Shown here in pieces: positions 6,728-16,856 of a DNA stretch of 64,000 bases (the first letter of the stretch is position 1; each line of letters opens with the position of its first letter). The notes below the pieces were generated by a model, which had not been told where the DNA came from, did not search any database, and saw only the letters and a list, made by a program, of their open reading frames with translations. The DNA is from Chloroflexota bacterium. Its GTDB lineage: Bacteria; Chloroflexota; Dehalococcoidia; JACPEP01. Made by a program: the position numbers and the translations under genes. The stretch covers positions 21,048 to 85,047 of the forward strand of contig JACPEP010000008.1 of NCBI GenBank assembly GCA_016183425.1, in the 5' to 3' direction.

Positions 6728-8983
6728 TCATGGAGGAGCTTGCTGTTTCCCCTTCTCTTTCAGCGCCCTCAACAGTCGCTCCGGGGTGATGGGGAGGTCT
6801 TTTATCCGGATGCCGGTGGCATGGTAGATGGCGTTGGCCAGGGCGGGGGCGGTGGGGAGGCCCGCTGGCTCCCCCACCCCCTTGGCCCCGAAGGGGCCGT
6901 TGGGGTCTACCGATTCCACCAGGATGGGCCGTAAGGGAGGGACGTCCAAGGCCGTGGATAGCTTGTAGTCGGCGAAGTTGGGGTTCAGGGTCTGTCCCTC
7001 CACCCGCACCAGATTTTCCCTCAGGGTGTAGCCCAGGGCCATGGCGATGCCCCCCTCCAATTGTCCTTCGGCGTTCATGGGGTTTATGGCCCGCCCCAGG
7101 TCGTGGGCGGCCGCCACCTGGAGCACTGTCACCTCCCCCGTCTCCGGGTCTACAGCCACCTCTGCCGCCTGAGCACCGAAGGCGTAGGCGTCGATGCCCC
7201 GCTCCGCGGGGTGGTCGAACTGGCCCTTGCCCAGAATGGCCACCCCGCCCTTGCGGTCGGGGGTGCCGGATACCTGAGAGAAGGGTATGGCCTTATCCTG
7301 GCTCCCAGCGACGAATATCTGCCCGTCGCGGATCTCCAGGTCGTCGGGGGAGGCCTCCAGCTTTTGGGCGGCCAGGGCCAGGAGCTCCTTTTTGGCTTCG
7401 GCAGCCGCCGCCCGAACGGCGTTGCCGGCAGTGAAGGTGACCCGGTTGGCCCGGGAGCCCAGGTCCAGGGGGGTGGTGGCGGTGTCCATGGCGATGACGC
7501 GCACCTTATCCACAGGCACGCCCAGCTCCTCGGCGGCGATCTGGGCCAGGATGGTGCTGGAGCCCTGACCGATGTCCGGGTTGCCCGTGAGCACCGTTAC
7601 CGCATCTTCACTGATGTTGACATAAGCGCTGGAGAACTCCCCGGAGGCCACGCCGCTCACGTGGATGAAGCTGGCCAGCCCCACGCCCTGGCCTGGCGAA
7701 GAGCTTTTTCTCCTCTCCGGCCACCCGATGGCCTCTGCCGCCTGTTCCAGGCACTCCCTCTGGCCACAGGAGGTTATCTTGTTCCCCCAAGGGCTTCTGG
7801 TGTTGGGGAGGTTGGCGTTCTTGGCCCGTAGCTCCAGGGGGTCCATGCCCATTCTCTCTGCCAGCATGTCCAGGAGGGACTCCATGGCGAATATAATCTG
7901 AGTGCTGCCAAAGGCTCGGAAGCGTCCCCCCCAGGGGTTATTGGTGTAGACGGCGTATCCTTCGTACTGGATGTTGGGCACTCTATACAGGGAGCACATG
8001 ACCCGGCCCTCCACGTCCGGCAACAGTGGCCCCACGTCGCTGTAGGCGCCGTTATCGATGATGATGCGGGCCTGCCAGGCCAGCAGGGTGCCGTCTCTCC
8101 GGGCGCCCACCTTAACCCAGATAATGTGGGGGTGGCGGGAGCGGGTGGAGATGAACTCCTCCTCCCGGCTGAGGACCACCCGCACCGGGCGGTGGCTTTT
8201 GCGGGACAGAAAGGCGGCGATGGCCTCCTCGGTGATGCGGGACTTGCTGCCGAAGCCGCCACCCACGTGCACGTGGTGGAAGCGAATTTTGTGGAAAGGC
8301 ATCGGGAGCACCCGGGCCAGGTCCTGGCGGGCGTAGTAGGGGGCCTGGGTGGAGCTCCACAGGGTGAGGTCGCCGTTGAGCTCAAAATGGGCAAGGCAGC
8401 TATGGGGTTCCATACATGAGTGGGCCACCGGATGGGTGGTGAAGGTGTCCTCCACGATGTAGTCAGCTTCGGCAAAGGCTCGCTCCACGTCCCCGTAGTG
8501 TCGGCGGGAGTGGCCGATGATATTCCGCCCTCCGCCAGAGGCGGACACCAGGGGGGCGCCGGGCTGGGAGGCGGCTATGGGGTCGAAGATGGCGGGCAGG
8601 ATCTCATAGTCCACCTGGATAAGCTCCAGGGCCTCCCGAGCGGTGTCCTCGTCTACCGCCGCCACCGCCGCCACCTCGTCCCCGATGTAGCACACCTCGT
8701 CCACCGCCAGAGGGTATTTGTCCTCGGTGTAGGCTGGCCCCATGAAGGTGTATTTTATCTTTGGGGTATCCTGGGCGGTGACGATCGCCTTCACCCCCGG
8801 CAGGGCTTCGGCGAGGTGCGTATCAATGCGCAGAATGCGGGCGTGAGGGTGGGGGCTGCGCAGTATCTTGCCGTGGAGCATCCCTCGGAGCTTTACGTCG
8901 CCGGCATAGCGGGCCTCTCCCGTCACCAGCAGGGGCCCATCCAGGCGAGGAATTCTCTTGCCAACCACCGAGAACTGGGTCAT
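6728..8983 (-). CDS. Molybdopterin-binding large subunit of a xanthine dehydrogenase/CO-dehydrogenase (CoxL/aldehyde oxidase) family enzyme
   Basis: MTQFSVVGKRIPRLDGPLLVTGEARYAGDV... matches the Ald_Xan_dh_C/C2 architecture. The start is at 8983, with AGGGGG upstream. The ORF caller extended it to 9211. Confidence 0.75.
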   Translation of the reverse strand: MTQFSVVGKRIPRLDGPLLVTGEARYAGDVKLRGMLHGKILRSPHPHARILRIDTHLAEALPGVKAIVTAQDTPKIKYTFMGPAYTEDKYPLAVDEVCYIGDEVAAVAAVDEDTAREALELIQVDYEILPAIFDPIAASQPGAPLVSASGGGRNIIGHSRRHYGDVERAFAEADYIVEDTFTTHPVAHSCMEPHSCLAHFELNGDLTLWSSTQAPYYARQDLARVLPMPFHKIRFHHVHVGGGFGSKSRITEEAIAAFLSRKSHRPVRVVLSREEEFISTRSRHPHIIWVKVGARRDGTLLAWQARIIIDNGAYSDVGPLLPDVEGRVMCSLYRVPNIQYEGYAVYTNNPWGGRFRAFGSTQIIFAMESLLDMLAERMGMDPLELRAKNANLPNTRSPWGNKITSCGQRECLEQAAEAIGWPERRKSSSPGQGVGLASFIHVSGVASGEFSSAYVNISEDAVTVLTGNPDIGQGSSTILAQIAAEELGVPVDKVRVIAMDTATTPLDLGSRANRVTFTAGNAVRAAAAEAKKELLALAAQKLEASPDDLEIRDGQIFVAGSQDKAIPFSQVSGTPDRKGGVAILGKGQFDHPAERGIDAYAFGAQAAEVAVDPETGEVTVLQVAAAHDLGRAINPMNAEGQLEGGIAMALGYTLRENLVRVEGQTLNPNFADYKLSTALDVPPLRPILVESVDPNGPFGAKGVGEPAGLPTAPALANAIYHATGIRIKDLPITPERLLRALKEKGKQQAPP

Positions 8984-8996
8984 CGTTCCCCCCTTG

Positions 8997-10451
8997 CTAT
9001 ACGATGGTGGGGTGAAGGTTGAGGAATAGTCCAGAAAGCAGGGTTCGGGCCCTCTCCTCGCTGACGAAGTCAGTGAGCTTGATGCGCTCCAGGAGCTCCT
9101 GATCTGGATTGCCCAGCTCTGGGAAGGGACGGTCGGTGGGTTTGGTGCTGTCGATGATAAGCCCCCCCGTTCGCATATAGGAAACGGGGGCCGGATCCTG
9201 GCGGTTGGCATCCAGGTCGCCTATCTTCTGCACCTGATATGTGTTGGCATCCACCCGGGTGCCTAAGGAGAAGAGCACCTCATGGATGTCGAAGGGATTG
9301 ATGTCGGTGTCCACAATGATGACGTTCTTGACGAAATCCCCGGCTGCCAGGAGGGTAAGCAGGCCGACCCGGGTGGACTCGCCGGGGTGGTCGGGCTGGA
9401 ACTGCACTACCGCCACGAAGGGGGCGGGGACGTAGGCGGCTCTGACCCTGGGATAGGCCTGCTTCAGGGTGCGGGTCAGGGCCAGGGCCAGGCTGGTGGC
9501 ATGATACAGGTCGTGGCGGGCGATGTGGGCGTCGAAAACCGGCTCCGCGGCCATGGTGATGGCCGTGGGGCGGAAGATGGGCTCCAGGGTCTGGGGAGAG
9601 TAGTAGCGCATGTAGTCTGTCCAGGGCCCGTTAAGGCCCCGTTCCGTGCAATGAAGGTAGCCCTCTAAAAGTATCTCGGCATCGGCGGGGACGAGGAAGT
9701 CCTCCCCCCAGGTTTCGGAGGGCGTAAGGCGCAGGGGTTCCCCCATGAGGCTGGCGGCGTAGTCATACTCATCCACGTCGTAGCCCACCCGCACCGACGA
9801 GGCCAGCATGAAGGTGGGGTAGTGACCCAGCACCCAGACACAAGGCATCTCCTCGTGGCCGGCGTCCCGGTAGCCCTGGAGGTAGCTCCACAGGTGGCGG
9901 TACTGGAGGCGGGCGGCGGCGCTCTGGGGGCCATGGAGGAGGAGACGGTGCCAGGAGAGGTTGTAGCGGCCGCTCTTGATCTCTCGGCCGATGGCCACGC
10001 CGCAGAACCAACCGGGGCGGGCATCCTTGGCGTCCTTGCGGTAGGCGGGGAGGTCCCTGAAGTCCATGTCGGAGCCGGTGATGACGGTGTGCTTCACCGG
10101 AGCCTCTTCCTTTTTCACCACCACCGTTTTCTGGGGCACGGTGGAGTGCTCGTGAAGGGTATTGATGAGGCCCTCCGCTGTCCACCGCTCTGGTGGCAGG
10201 CCACAAGCCACCGCCAGCTTGGAGAAGGTGCCATCGGCCTGGGTCTGGAGGAGGCCGGGCCACCTTTTGCCGTTGAGGGTGACTACGTTCTCGAAGACAG
10301 CCATGGGCCATTTGGACTGTCTCTCAAGGTGGTAAAGAAGAGCGTGGCACTCGGCCTCATGGGGCTTCAGTGGCCCTTTGGTGACCCGGACAATTTCCTC
10401 GGGGTGATGCTTCTCCAAAGTGGCGATGAAGGACTTGATGTTATGTGCCAT
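8997..10451 (-). CDS. UbiD-family (prFMN-dependent) decarboxylase
   Basis: 484 aa with UbiD-family similarity throughout. Confidence 0.7.
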   Translation of the reverse strand: MAHNIKSFIATLEKHHPEEIVRVTKGPLKPHEAECHALLYHLERQSKWPMAVFENVVTLNGKRWPGLLQTQADGTFSKLAVACGLPPERWTAEGLINTLHEHSTVPQKTVVVKKEEAPVKHTVITGSDMDFRDLPAYRKDAKDARPGWFCGVAIGREIKSGRYNLSWHRLLLHGPQSAAARLQYRHLWSYLQGYRDAGHEEMPCVWVLGHYPTFMLASSVRVGYDVDEYDYAASLMGEPLRLTPSETWGEDFLVPADAEILLEGYLHCTERGLNGPWTDYMRYYSPQTLEPIFRPTAITMAAEPVFDAHIARHDLYHATSLALALTRTLKQAYPRVRAAYVPAPFVAVVQFQPDHPGESTRVGLLTLLAAGDFVKNVIIVDTDINPFDIHEVLFSLGTRVDANTYQVQKIGDLDANRQDPAPVSYMRTGGLIIDSTKPTDRPFPELGNPDQELLERIKLTDFVSEERARTLLSGLFLNLHPTIV

Positions 10452-10463
10452 ATCTCTTCCTTA

Positions 10464-11690
10464 CTAGCTCCGGGTTTTCAGTACCCGTTGCACTATTTCC
10501 CGAAACTCACCTTCGTCCAGGAGTCCTTTCTTGCGATGGGAGGCCTCTTTGACTTGGGCCAGGATGTCCCTGGCCTCCTCTTCCGTGGCGTTGAGGCCCA
10601 TTTTGTCCAGCCACATGGTAATGGAGTCGATGCCACTGCTTTTGCCCAGCACGGTCTCTGCCGCCCGATGGCCCACCAGCTCCCAGCGGAAGGGGAAGAC
10701 CTCCGTGGCGTGGTCATAGCCACAGTTCTTGAACCAGGTGGTGATGATGCCCGATTCTATCTGAAAGAGGCGGTCCCCCACGATGGGTTTGTTGGAGGGA
10801 AGCTGAAGGCCGGAGAGCCGGCGCACTGTCTGGGAGAGGGAGGTGAGCTTCTCGTAGTTGAGGCCCACATCTACCCCGTACATAGTGAGGAGGGCCATGA
10901 CCGTCTCCTCCAGGGGGGCGTTGCCCGCTCGCTCCCCCAAGCCTGATACGGTGACGTGGGCCACCTCCGCCCCCGCCGCCAGCCCGGCCAGGGTATTGGC
11001 CACCCCCAGGCCGAAGTCGCCGTGGAAGTGGGTCTCCAAGGGCACCTTCACCCGTTCCTTAGTCTTGTGCACAAAGTAGGCGGCGGCGTGGGGAGAGAGG
11101 ACGCCGAAGGTGTCCACTAAGGCCAGAGCATCCATGTGTCCCTCTCTGGCTACCCGTTCGATGAGGTTCAGGTACCAGTTCATCTCGGCCCGGGTAGCGT
11201 CGATGGGAAAGAAGACGGTGTAAAGCCCCTGCTCTCTGGCGTAGGCGGTGGCCTGGATGGAGAGGTCCAGGGCCTTTTCCAGGGGCCAGCGGTAGGCGTA
11301 CTCCAGGATATGCTCCGAGCAGGGTATCTCCATGACGATGCCTTTGACGCCACAATCCACGGCTCTCTTTACGTCATCCACCATGCATCGGGAGAAGACG
11401 AAGATCTCCGGCCCCAGGTTGCGCCTTACGATCTCTTTTACCGCCGCCTCGTCTTCCACAGAAACGGCGGGCATCCCGGCCTCGATGCGGTGAACGCCCG
11501 CCTCCGCCAGCATCTCGGCGATGCGGACCTTGTCCTCTTTGGTGAAGGCTATCCCGGCCTGCTGCTCCCCGTCCCTAAGGGTGATGTCGTGGATTTTTAT
11601 TCGAGGCGAGAAGGTGAGGCCAGCCGTCACCTCCGGCTGGTAGTTCCAGGGGCTGACGAACCAGTTCTCGGTCTTCCAGGGTTCAGTCAA
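10464..11690 (-). CDS. DRE-TIM metallolyase family protein (homocitrate/citramalate/isopropylmalate-synthase-like or HMG-CoA-lyase-like)
   Basis: HDITLRDGEQQAGIAFTKEDKVRIAEMLAEAGVHRIEAG is the pyruvate-carboxyltransferase (HMGL-like) signature. Confidence 0.65.
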   Translation of the reverse strand: MTEPWKTENWFVSPWNYQPEVTAGLTFSPRIKIHDITLRDGEQQAGIAFTKEDKVRIAEMLAEAGVHRIEAGMPAVSVEDEAAVKEIVRRNLGPEIFVFSRCMVDDVKRAVDCGVKGIVMEIPCSEHILEYAYRWPLEKALDLSIQATAYAREQGLYTVFFPIDATRAEMNWYLNLIERVAREGHMDALALVDTFGVLSPHAAAYFVHKTKERVKVPLETHFHGDFGLGVANTLAGLAAGAEVAHVTVSGLGERAGNAPLEETVMALLTMYGVDVGLNYEKLTSLSQTVRRLSGLQLPSNKPIVGDRLFQIESGIITTWFKNCGYDHATEVFPFRWELVGHRAAETVLGKSSGIDSITMWLDKMGLNATEEEARDILAQVKEASHRKKGLLDEGEFREIVQRVLKTRS

Positions 11691-11759
11691 CGGGCACCTC
11701 TTTTTCTATTCAAGATTTTCCAAAAGTAATCTGTATATCGAGGGCTTTGGCCCTCCCAT

Positions 11760-11900
11760 GATCTGGCGGGTCTTTGCCCTCACCCCCTCTGTCCCCCTCT
11801 CCCCGCCAAAGGCGGGGAGAGGGGGACGAATTTAAGAATCAGGGGGTGTACCCCCTGAAACCCCTGCCAGAGGGGCTGCGCCCCTCTGGACACCCCGCGT
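11760..11900. repeat. Intergenic cluster of three perfect GC-rich hairpins
   Basis: ccctctccccgcc-aaa-ggcggggagaggg, caggggg-tgta-ccccctg, ccagagggg-ctgcg-cccctctgg. Confidence 0.7.
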
Positions 11901-11905
11901 TTTCA

Positions 11906-12799
11906 TCAATAATTTTCTGTTGCCCTAGCCACCGCCTGGGCTATCTGAAGGGTCTTCTTTGCCCTCTCGGCCACGGCCACATCCACCATCCTCCCCTCCA
12001 CGGACACCGCCGCCGAGCCCTGGGCTACGGCGGCCTGAAAGGCCGCCACTACCTTCTGGGCGTTGGCGATCTCCTCCGGTGAGGGGGAGAACATTCTGTT
12101 CACTATTTCCAACTGGTCGGGATGAATGAGACATTTGCCCACAAAGCCCAGATGTCGTGCCAGATGGGCCTCCTGCTCCAGCCCCTCCCGGTCTCTGAAA
12201 TCGGAGTAGACGGTGTCCACAGCGGCGACGCCCGCCGCTCGGGCGGCGACGACGACTTGAGAGCGGGCGAAGAAGAGCTCCCTGCCTCTTCTGGTGCGGG
12301 TTATCCCCATGTCCAGAGTAAAATCCTCGGCTCCAAAAAGGAGGCCCACCACCCGCGGGCTGGCCGAGGCCACTTCCAGGGCGTTCATCACCCCCTTCGC
12401 CGTCTCAATAATGGGCAGTAGGGTGACGCTGCCCACTTCCAGCCCGTGCTTTCTCTCGGCATCAGCCAGGAAGCCCTCGGCGAGAAGGATGTGACCCGCC
12501 GACTCTACCTTGGGGATACAGATCCCGTCCAAACCTGGTCTTACCACGGCCTCGATGTCCAGGGGAGCCAGCTCTCCCGTCACCACGTTGGTGCGAACGT
12601 AGACGCGGCGCCAGAGCGTCCTCACACGAGGGAGGGCGTCTCGCACCATGGTACGGGCGGTTTCCTTCTCTGCCAGGGGCACCGAGTCCTCCAGGTCCAG
12701 GATGACCCCGTCCACATCCAGGGTGGCCGCCTTGTCTATACGCCGGAGGGAGTTGCCGGGGACAAAGAGCAAGCTTCGGAACAGGGCAACTTCTGTCAT
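11906..12799 (-). CDS. HpcH/HpaI aldolase / CitE-family acyl-CoA lyase (malyl-CoA/citramalyl-CoA/citryl-CoA lyase-like)
   Basis: 297 aa. FVPGNS...DLEDSV, the E/D metal ligands and the overall CitE pattern. Confidence 0.7.
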   Translation of the reverse strand: MTEVALFRSLLFVPGNSLRRIDKAATLDVDGVILDLEDSVPLAEKETARTMVRDALPRVRTLWRRVYVRTNVVTGELAPLDIEAVVRPGLDGICIPKVESAGHILLAEGFLADAERKHGLEVGSVTLLPIIETAKGVMNALEVASASPRVVGLLFGAEDFTLDMGITRTRRGRELFFARSQVVVAARAAGVAAVDTVYSDFRDREGLEQEAHLARHLGFVGKCLIHPDQLEIVNRMFSPSPEEIANAQKVVAAFQAAVAQGSAAVSVEGRMVDVAVAERAKKTLQIAQAVARATENY

Positions 12800-12820
12800 C
12801 TCACCCCTCCCCGCTAAGCG

Positions 12821-14026
12821 TTAAATAACCCCTTCCGCTTTGAGGTTTTCTCTTTCCTGCTCGTTGAGGCCCAGGAGCTTGCCGTAAACATAGTCATTGT
12901 CCTCCCCCAGAAGGGGGGCCGCCTTTTCTACTGCCCCCGGCGTCAGGGACAGCTTGGGGGCCGGCCCCTGGAACTTTAGCTTGCCAGCCGTGGGGTGCTC
13001 CACCTCCACCAGGGCGTTTCGGGCCTGGTACTGGGGGTGGCTCACCAGGTCGGCCACGGTGTTCACCGGCGCCACCTCGATGTCGGCGGCAACCAGAATT
13101 TCCTCGATCTCTTTGGTGGTTCTCTCCTTCACCCACTGGGCCACCGCCCCCTCGTAGTCCTCGATGAACTTGGCATCCAGGGGGTCCCGAGAGTGTTTGG
13201 GGAAGAGGGGGTGGGATAGGATATCCTCCCGACCTATTGCCTTGAGGAGTTGCGCCCGCTGTTGACCGCCGGTGATGAGAACATCGCCATCTTTCGCCTC
13301 GTAGGTACGGACGCCCGGGGTGGCAATGCGGGCACCCTTCCGCCACGCCACCTCTCCGAGGGATGTGAAGTGGAGGATCTTGTGCTCCATACAAAAGGCC
13401 GCCGATTCCAGAAGGGAGTTGTCTATCCACTGCCCCTGCCCCGTCTTCTGCTTGTAGTGGAGGGCGGTGAGGACGGCATAGGTATTGAGGAATCCTGCGA
13501 TGTAGTCCACAATGGCGATGCCATAGAAGGTGGCCGGACCGTCGGGTTCTCCGGTGACGCTCATCAGTCCGCTGGCCGCCTGGGCGATGTAGTCTCGCCC
13601 TGGCCGCTGGGCGTAGGGGCCGGTGGCACCGTACATGGAGACAGAGAGCATGATGATGCCTGGATTGACCTTCCTGATCTCCTCGTAGTCTAAGCCCCAC
13701 TTGGCCAAGGTCCCCGGCCGGAAGTTCTCTGTCACCACATCGCTGATCTTCGCCAGCTCTTTGAACAGCTCCTGGCCCCTCTTTTTTCTCAGGTCCAGGG
13801 TGATGCTCTTCTTATTGCGCGCCGACCATAGGAAATAGGGACCAATGCCTTTCACCAGGGGATGGTAACCATACCGCAAGGGGTCGCCCTGCCCCGGCTC
13901 CTCATAGCGAATGACCTCGGCCCCCATGTCTCCCAGCAGGGTGCCCACCAGAGGAGCGGCGAAGTATCGCCCCGATTCTAGAATCCTGATGCCTTCCAGG
14001 GCCTTGGGCATGGCTACTCCTTTCAC
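12821..14026 (-). CDS. Family III CoA-transferase (CaiB/BaiF)
   Basis: LEGIRILESGRYFAAPLVGTLLGDMGAEVI and the typical family-III length. Confidence 0.75.
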   Translation of the reverse strand: MKGVAMPKALEGIRILESGRYFAAPLVGTLLGDMGAEVIRYEEPGQGDPLRYGYHPLVKGIGPYFLWSARNKKSITLDLRKKRGQELFKELAKISDVVTENFRPGTLAKWGLDYEEIRKVNPGIIMLSVSMYGATGPYAQRPGRDYIAQAASGLMSVTGEPDGPATFYGIAIVDYIAGFLNTYAVLTALHYKQKTGQGQWIDNSLLESAAFCMEHKILHFTSLGEVAWRKGARIATPGVRTYEAKDGDVLITGGQQRAQLLKAIGREDILSHPLFPKHSRDPLDAKFIEDYEGAVAQWVKERTTKEIEEILVAADIEVAPVNTVADLVSHPQYQARNALVEVEHPTAGKLKFQGPAPKLSLTPGAVEKAAPLLGEDNDYVYGKLLGLNEQERENLKAEGVI

Positions 14027-14919
14027 CCTAAAACTTTCTGTAGCAGAGGAATTATCTCATTGAAGGTATCGGCCACATAGGCCCCCGCTTGGCGCAGCCG
14101 AGCGATCTTTGTCGAGGGCTTGCCCCGCTCTCCCTGGATTATGGAGGCGGCGTGGCCGAAAACGGTGCCCTGGGGCATCTCCTCCATGAAGAGGCCAGCC
14201 ACGTAAGCGATGAGGGGTTTGGTAAAGCCCCCCGCCTCTATGAAGTCGGCGGCCTCCTCCTCGTAGGCTGTTCCCGGCTCGCCAAACATTAGCACCCCTT
14301 TGGTCTCATCGTCCTTTTGGAACATCTCCAGAAGGTCTCGGGGGCTGGAGCCGATGAAGGGGTCGCCTCCGATGCTGATGCAGGTGCTGACGCCGTAGCC
14401 GGCCCGCTTGGCCATCCAGGCGCACTCGGCGGTCATGCCGCCGGAGCGGGAGATGACCCCCACTGGGCCCGGGATGAAGCAGCGCTCCACGTTGTCGCCG
14501 CCGATGGCTCCCATCTTCACCCGGTGGCGCGGGCTGATGATGCCCACGGAGTTGGGACCCACCACCACGGTGCCGCGACTCCTGGCCAGATGAAGGACCT
14601 TGACCACGTCCATCTGAGGTATCCGCTCCGTTATGATGAGGACGAGCTTCATGCCGTTGTCCATGGCCTCCAGGGCGGCGTCGGCGGCGAAGGCGGGAGG
14701 GACGTAGACGATGGCCGTGTTCAACTCATGCTCGCGGCAGGCCTGCTTCAAGGAGTCATACACGGGCACGCCGTGGACGTTGTCCCCACCCCGCCCGGGA
14801 GTGACCCCGGCCACGATGGGGGTTCCGTAGTCCAGGGAGTGGCGAGTGACCATGGAGGCCTCTCGCCCCGTGATACCCTGAATGACTATTCGGGAGCGCT
14901 CGTCGGCAAGGATAGCCAA
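14023..14919 (-). CDS. Succinyl-CoA synthetase alpha-like (CoA-binding/ligase alpha) subunit (SucD/MtkB/CcsB family)
   Basis: IVIQGITGREASM..., the CoA-binding domain, and the phosphohistidine-loop region GHAASI. Confidence 0.75.
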   Translation of the reverse strand: MAILADERSRIVIQGITGREASMVTRHSLDYGTPIVAGVTPGRGGDNVHGVPVYDSLKQACREHELNTAIVYVPPAFAADAALEAMDNGMKLVLIITERIPQMDVVKVLHLARSRGTVVVGPNSVGIISPRHRVKMGAIGGDNVERCFIPGPVGVISRSGGMTAECAWMAKRAGYGVSTCISIGGDPFIGSSPRDLLEMFQKDDETKGVLMFGEPGTAYEEEAADFIEAGGFTKPLIAYVAGLFMEEMPQGTVFGHAASIIQGERGKPSTKIARLRQAGAYVADTFNEIIPLLQKVLG

Positions 14920-14930
14920 TTTATACCTCC

Positions 14931-16148
14931 TCAGTAACTGGGGTGGGCCTGTCTCATCCGTTCCACCATCATGCGGGCGGCGTCCTCCATGGTGATATCG
15001 TCGCCGTGGTAAGGAACGCCGGCTCCCTCCAGGAGCTCTTTGGCCCGGGGCTCGTTGACTCCGGCCATGCGGATGACGATGGGGAACTCCTTGACGTCGA
15101 TGTTCATATCCTTGAGGGCCCGCAGCAAGCCCTCCGCCACCAGGTCCACCTGGGTATTGTTGGTAATGTTGATGCTCAGGAAGAACCCTTTCAGCCCCGG
15201 CTTGGAGAGGATACCTTTGGTCAGGCCGTACATCTTACGCTCCGGGGGGTTGCCGCCGAACTCGGTGTAGTTGGCGGGTCGGCCGCCGTACTTGCGAAGG
15301 GTATCGAACATGAGGAGGCTGCCGCCGCCCCCGCCGCAGAGGAAGCCGATGTCGCCTCCCTCTAGCTCCGTGTAGCGGGCGGTGCCCCGATAGGGGTCTT
15401 CGGCATCCACCTGGATGATGTACTTCTCGATGTCGGTGAGGGGGCGCCAGGCGCGGTCGCTTCCCGGCTGGATCACCGAGGCCAGGTCAGGGTGGCGGTA
15501 GAGGGCATCGTCGTCCACGGCCATGAGGACGCCGGCGGCCACCCCCTTCCCATCCCCGGTCACCGCCAGAGGGTTGACCTCCACGATGGTAGCATCGTAC
15601 TTTTCAAAGCACTGATACATTCGCCACAGGATGTCCGTAGCCACCCGCAGCTCGTCACCCTTGAGACCCAGATCGCACCATATCTCCTTGGCCTGGTAGT
15701 TGGCCAGACCAAGGTAGGGGTCGACCTGTTTTGTAACTACTTTCTCCGGATAGGTGGCGGCCACCTCTTCCACGTCCACCCCCCCCTGGGAAGAGGCGAT
15801 GACCACGGGCATCTTCTTAAGCGGGTCGTAGGTGACGCAAGCGTAGATCTCCCGGGCGATGTTTACCCTCTCCTCCACCAGGATCTTTTCCACCGGAAAG
15901 TGGTATACCTTCATTTTGAGGAGCTCTTGGGCGGCGGCGGCCGCCGCCTCGGGGGAGGCGGCGAACCTTACGGCCCCGGCTTTGCCCCGCTTGCCCACCG
16001 GCACCAGGGCCTTGAGGGCCACGGCCCCTCCCAGCTCCTGAGCTGCCTGGCGGGCCTCCTCAGGGGTAGCAACTACCTTCCCCCGGGGCACCGGAATACG
16101 GAACTGGGACAAGAGCTTCTTGCTTGCGTCTTCCAGTAAACGACTCAT
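14931..16148 (-). CDS. Succinyl-CoA synthetase beta-like ATP-grasp subunit (SucC/MtkA/CcsA family)
   Basis: ATP-grasp N-terminus followed by a ligase-CoA domain. It overlaps the alpha-subunit gene by 4 bp. Confidence 0.7.
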   Translation of the reverse strand: MSRLLEDASKKLLSQFRIPVPRGKVVATPEEARQAAQELGGAVALKALVPVGKRGKAGAVRFAASPEAAAAAAQELLKMKVYHFPVEKILVEERVNIAREIYACVTYDPLKKMPVVIASSQGGVDVEEVAATYPEKVVTKQVDPYLGLANYQAKEIWCDLGLKGDELRVATDILWRMYQCFEKYDATIVEVNPLAVTGDGKGVAAGVLMAVDDDALYRHPDLASVIQPGSDRAWRPLTDIEKYIIQVDAEDPYRGTARYTELEGGDIGFLCGGGGGSLLMFDTLRKYGGRPANYTEFGGNPPERKMYGLTKGILSKPGLKGFFLSINITNNTQVDLVAEGLLRALKDMNIDVKEFPIVIRMAGVNEPRAKELLEGAGVPYHGDDITMEDAARMMVERMRQAHPSY

Positions 16149-16160
16149 CCTTCACCCCCC

Positions 16161-16856
16161 TTATTCCAGAGTAGTGGCGTAGTCCACCGCCATCGGCGTC
16201 CCCGCCGGAGCCCGAGGCCACCAGATGTAGTCCGCCTCCGGGTCAAGCCCCAGTTCCTGATAGACCCGCATCAAGTTGTTCTTGATGGTGACCCGGCGCA
16301 GCTCTTGATATGAGGAGCGGCCGCGGCAGTCAATCTCCACGCTCAGGGGCCCGAAATTCTCTACCTCAAACTCCCACACCGAGTCTACCATACCGAATTC
16401 GGGCCAGTAGTTGTTGACCACCTTTGTAATCTGGCTGCCGTAGAGGGCGGCACAGCCCCCCACTGCCTGGAGAAAGGCGGCGCCGTGCTCCACCAGGCCA
16501 TTGATGGCCTCTTGCGTCAGCGTCCCTTTGCCTATGATGAGGCGAGGCCCCATGGCCCGTAGCAAAGGGGCGACAAAGGGGGAAAAACGGGAGCTGGAGG
16601 TAGCTCCCACGGACACCGGTCGCCATTGCCCCGCGCCAATCTCCTCTATCACCGGGCCGCAGTGGAGCACGGCCAGGTCCTTGAGGCTGAAGGGCACCTC
16701 CCCCAGCTTGTCCTCCTCCAGGTAACGGGCGATGCGCTGGTGCGACCAGTCCCGAATGGTGAATATCCTTCCCGATAGGTAGACGATGTCTCCCAGGTGG
16801 AGTCTATCCACCTGGTCTCTGGAAATGGGTGTCCGGAGGCGATATTCCTCAGTCAT
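16161..16856 (-). CDS. Fe-S hydro-lyase beta subunit (class I fumarase/tartrate dehydratase beta; possibly mesaconase)
   Basis: Pattern of the fumarate hydratase C-terminal domain. Confidence 0.7.
   Translation of the reverse strand: MTEEYRLRTPISRDQVDRLHLGDIVYLSGRIFTIRDWSHQRIARYLEEDKLGEVPFSLKDLAVLHCGPVIEEIGAGQWRPVSVGATSSSRFSPFVAPLLRAMGPRLIIGKGTLTQEAINGLVEHGAAFLQAVGGCAALYGSQITKVVNNYWPEFGMVDSVWEFEVENFGPLSVEIDCRGRSSYQELRRVTIKNNLMRVYQELGLDPEADYIWWPRAPAGTPMAVDYATTLE

Noticed and set aside
7061-7831. Long plus-strand ORFs antisense to minus-strand genes (e.g. 7061-7831, 5588-6250, 9822-10946, 11136-11729, 15492-16139, 21364-22512, 14317-14937)
   Set aside because: High-GC DNA gives long stop-free antisense frames. 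They fully overlap well-supported genes, have Gly/Ala/Arg/Pro-rich low-complexity translations, and lack RBSs.
12894-13700. 268-aa alternative-frame ORF inside the CoA-transferase gene, and similar same-strand shadows (7774-8475, 9769-10311, 20616-21122)
   Set aside because: They are out-of-frame overlaps of strongly supported CDSs with Arg/Pro/Gly-rich composition.
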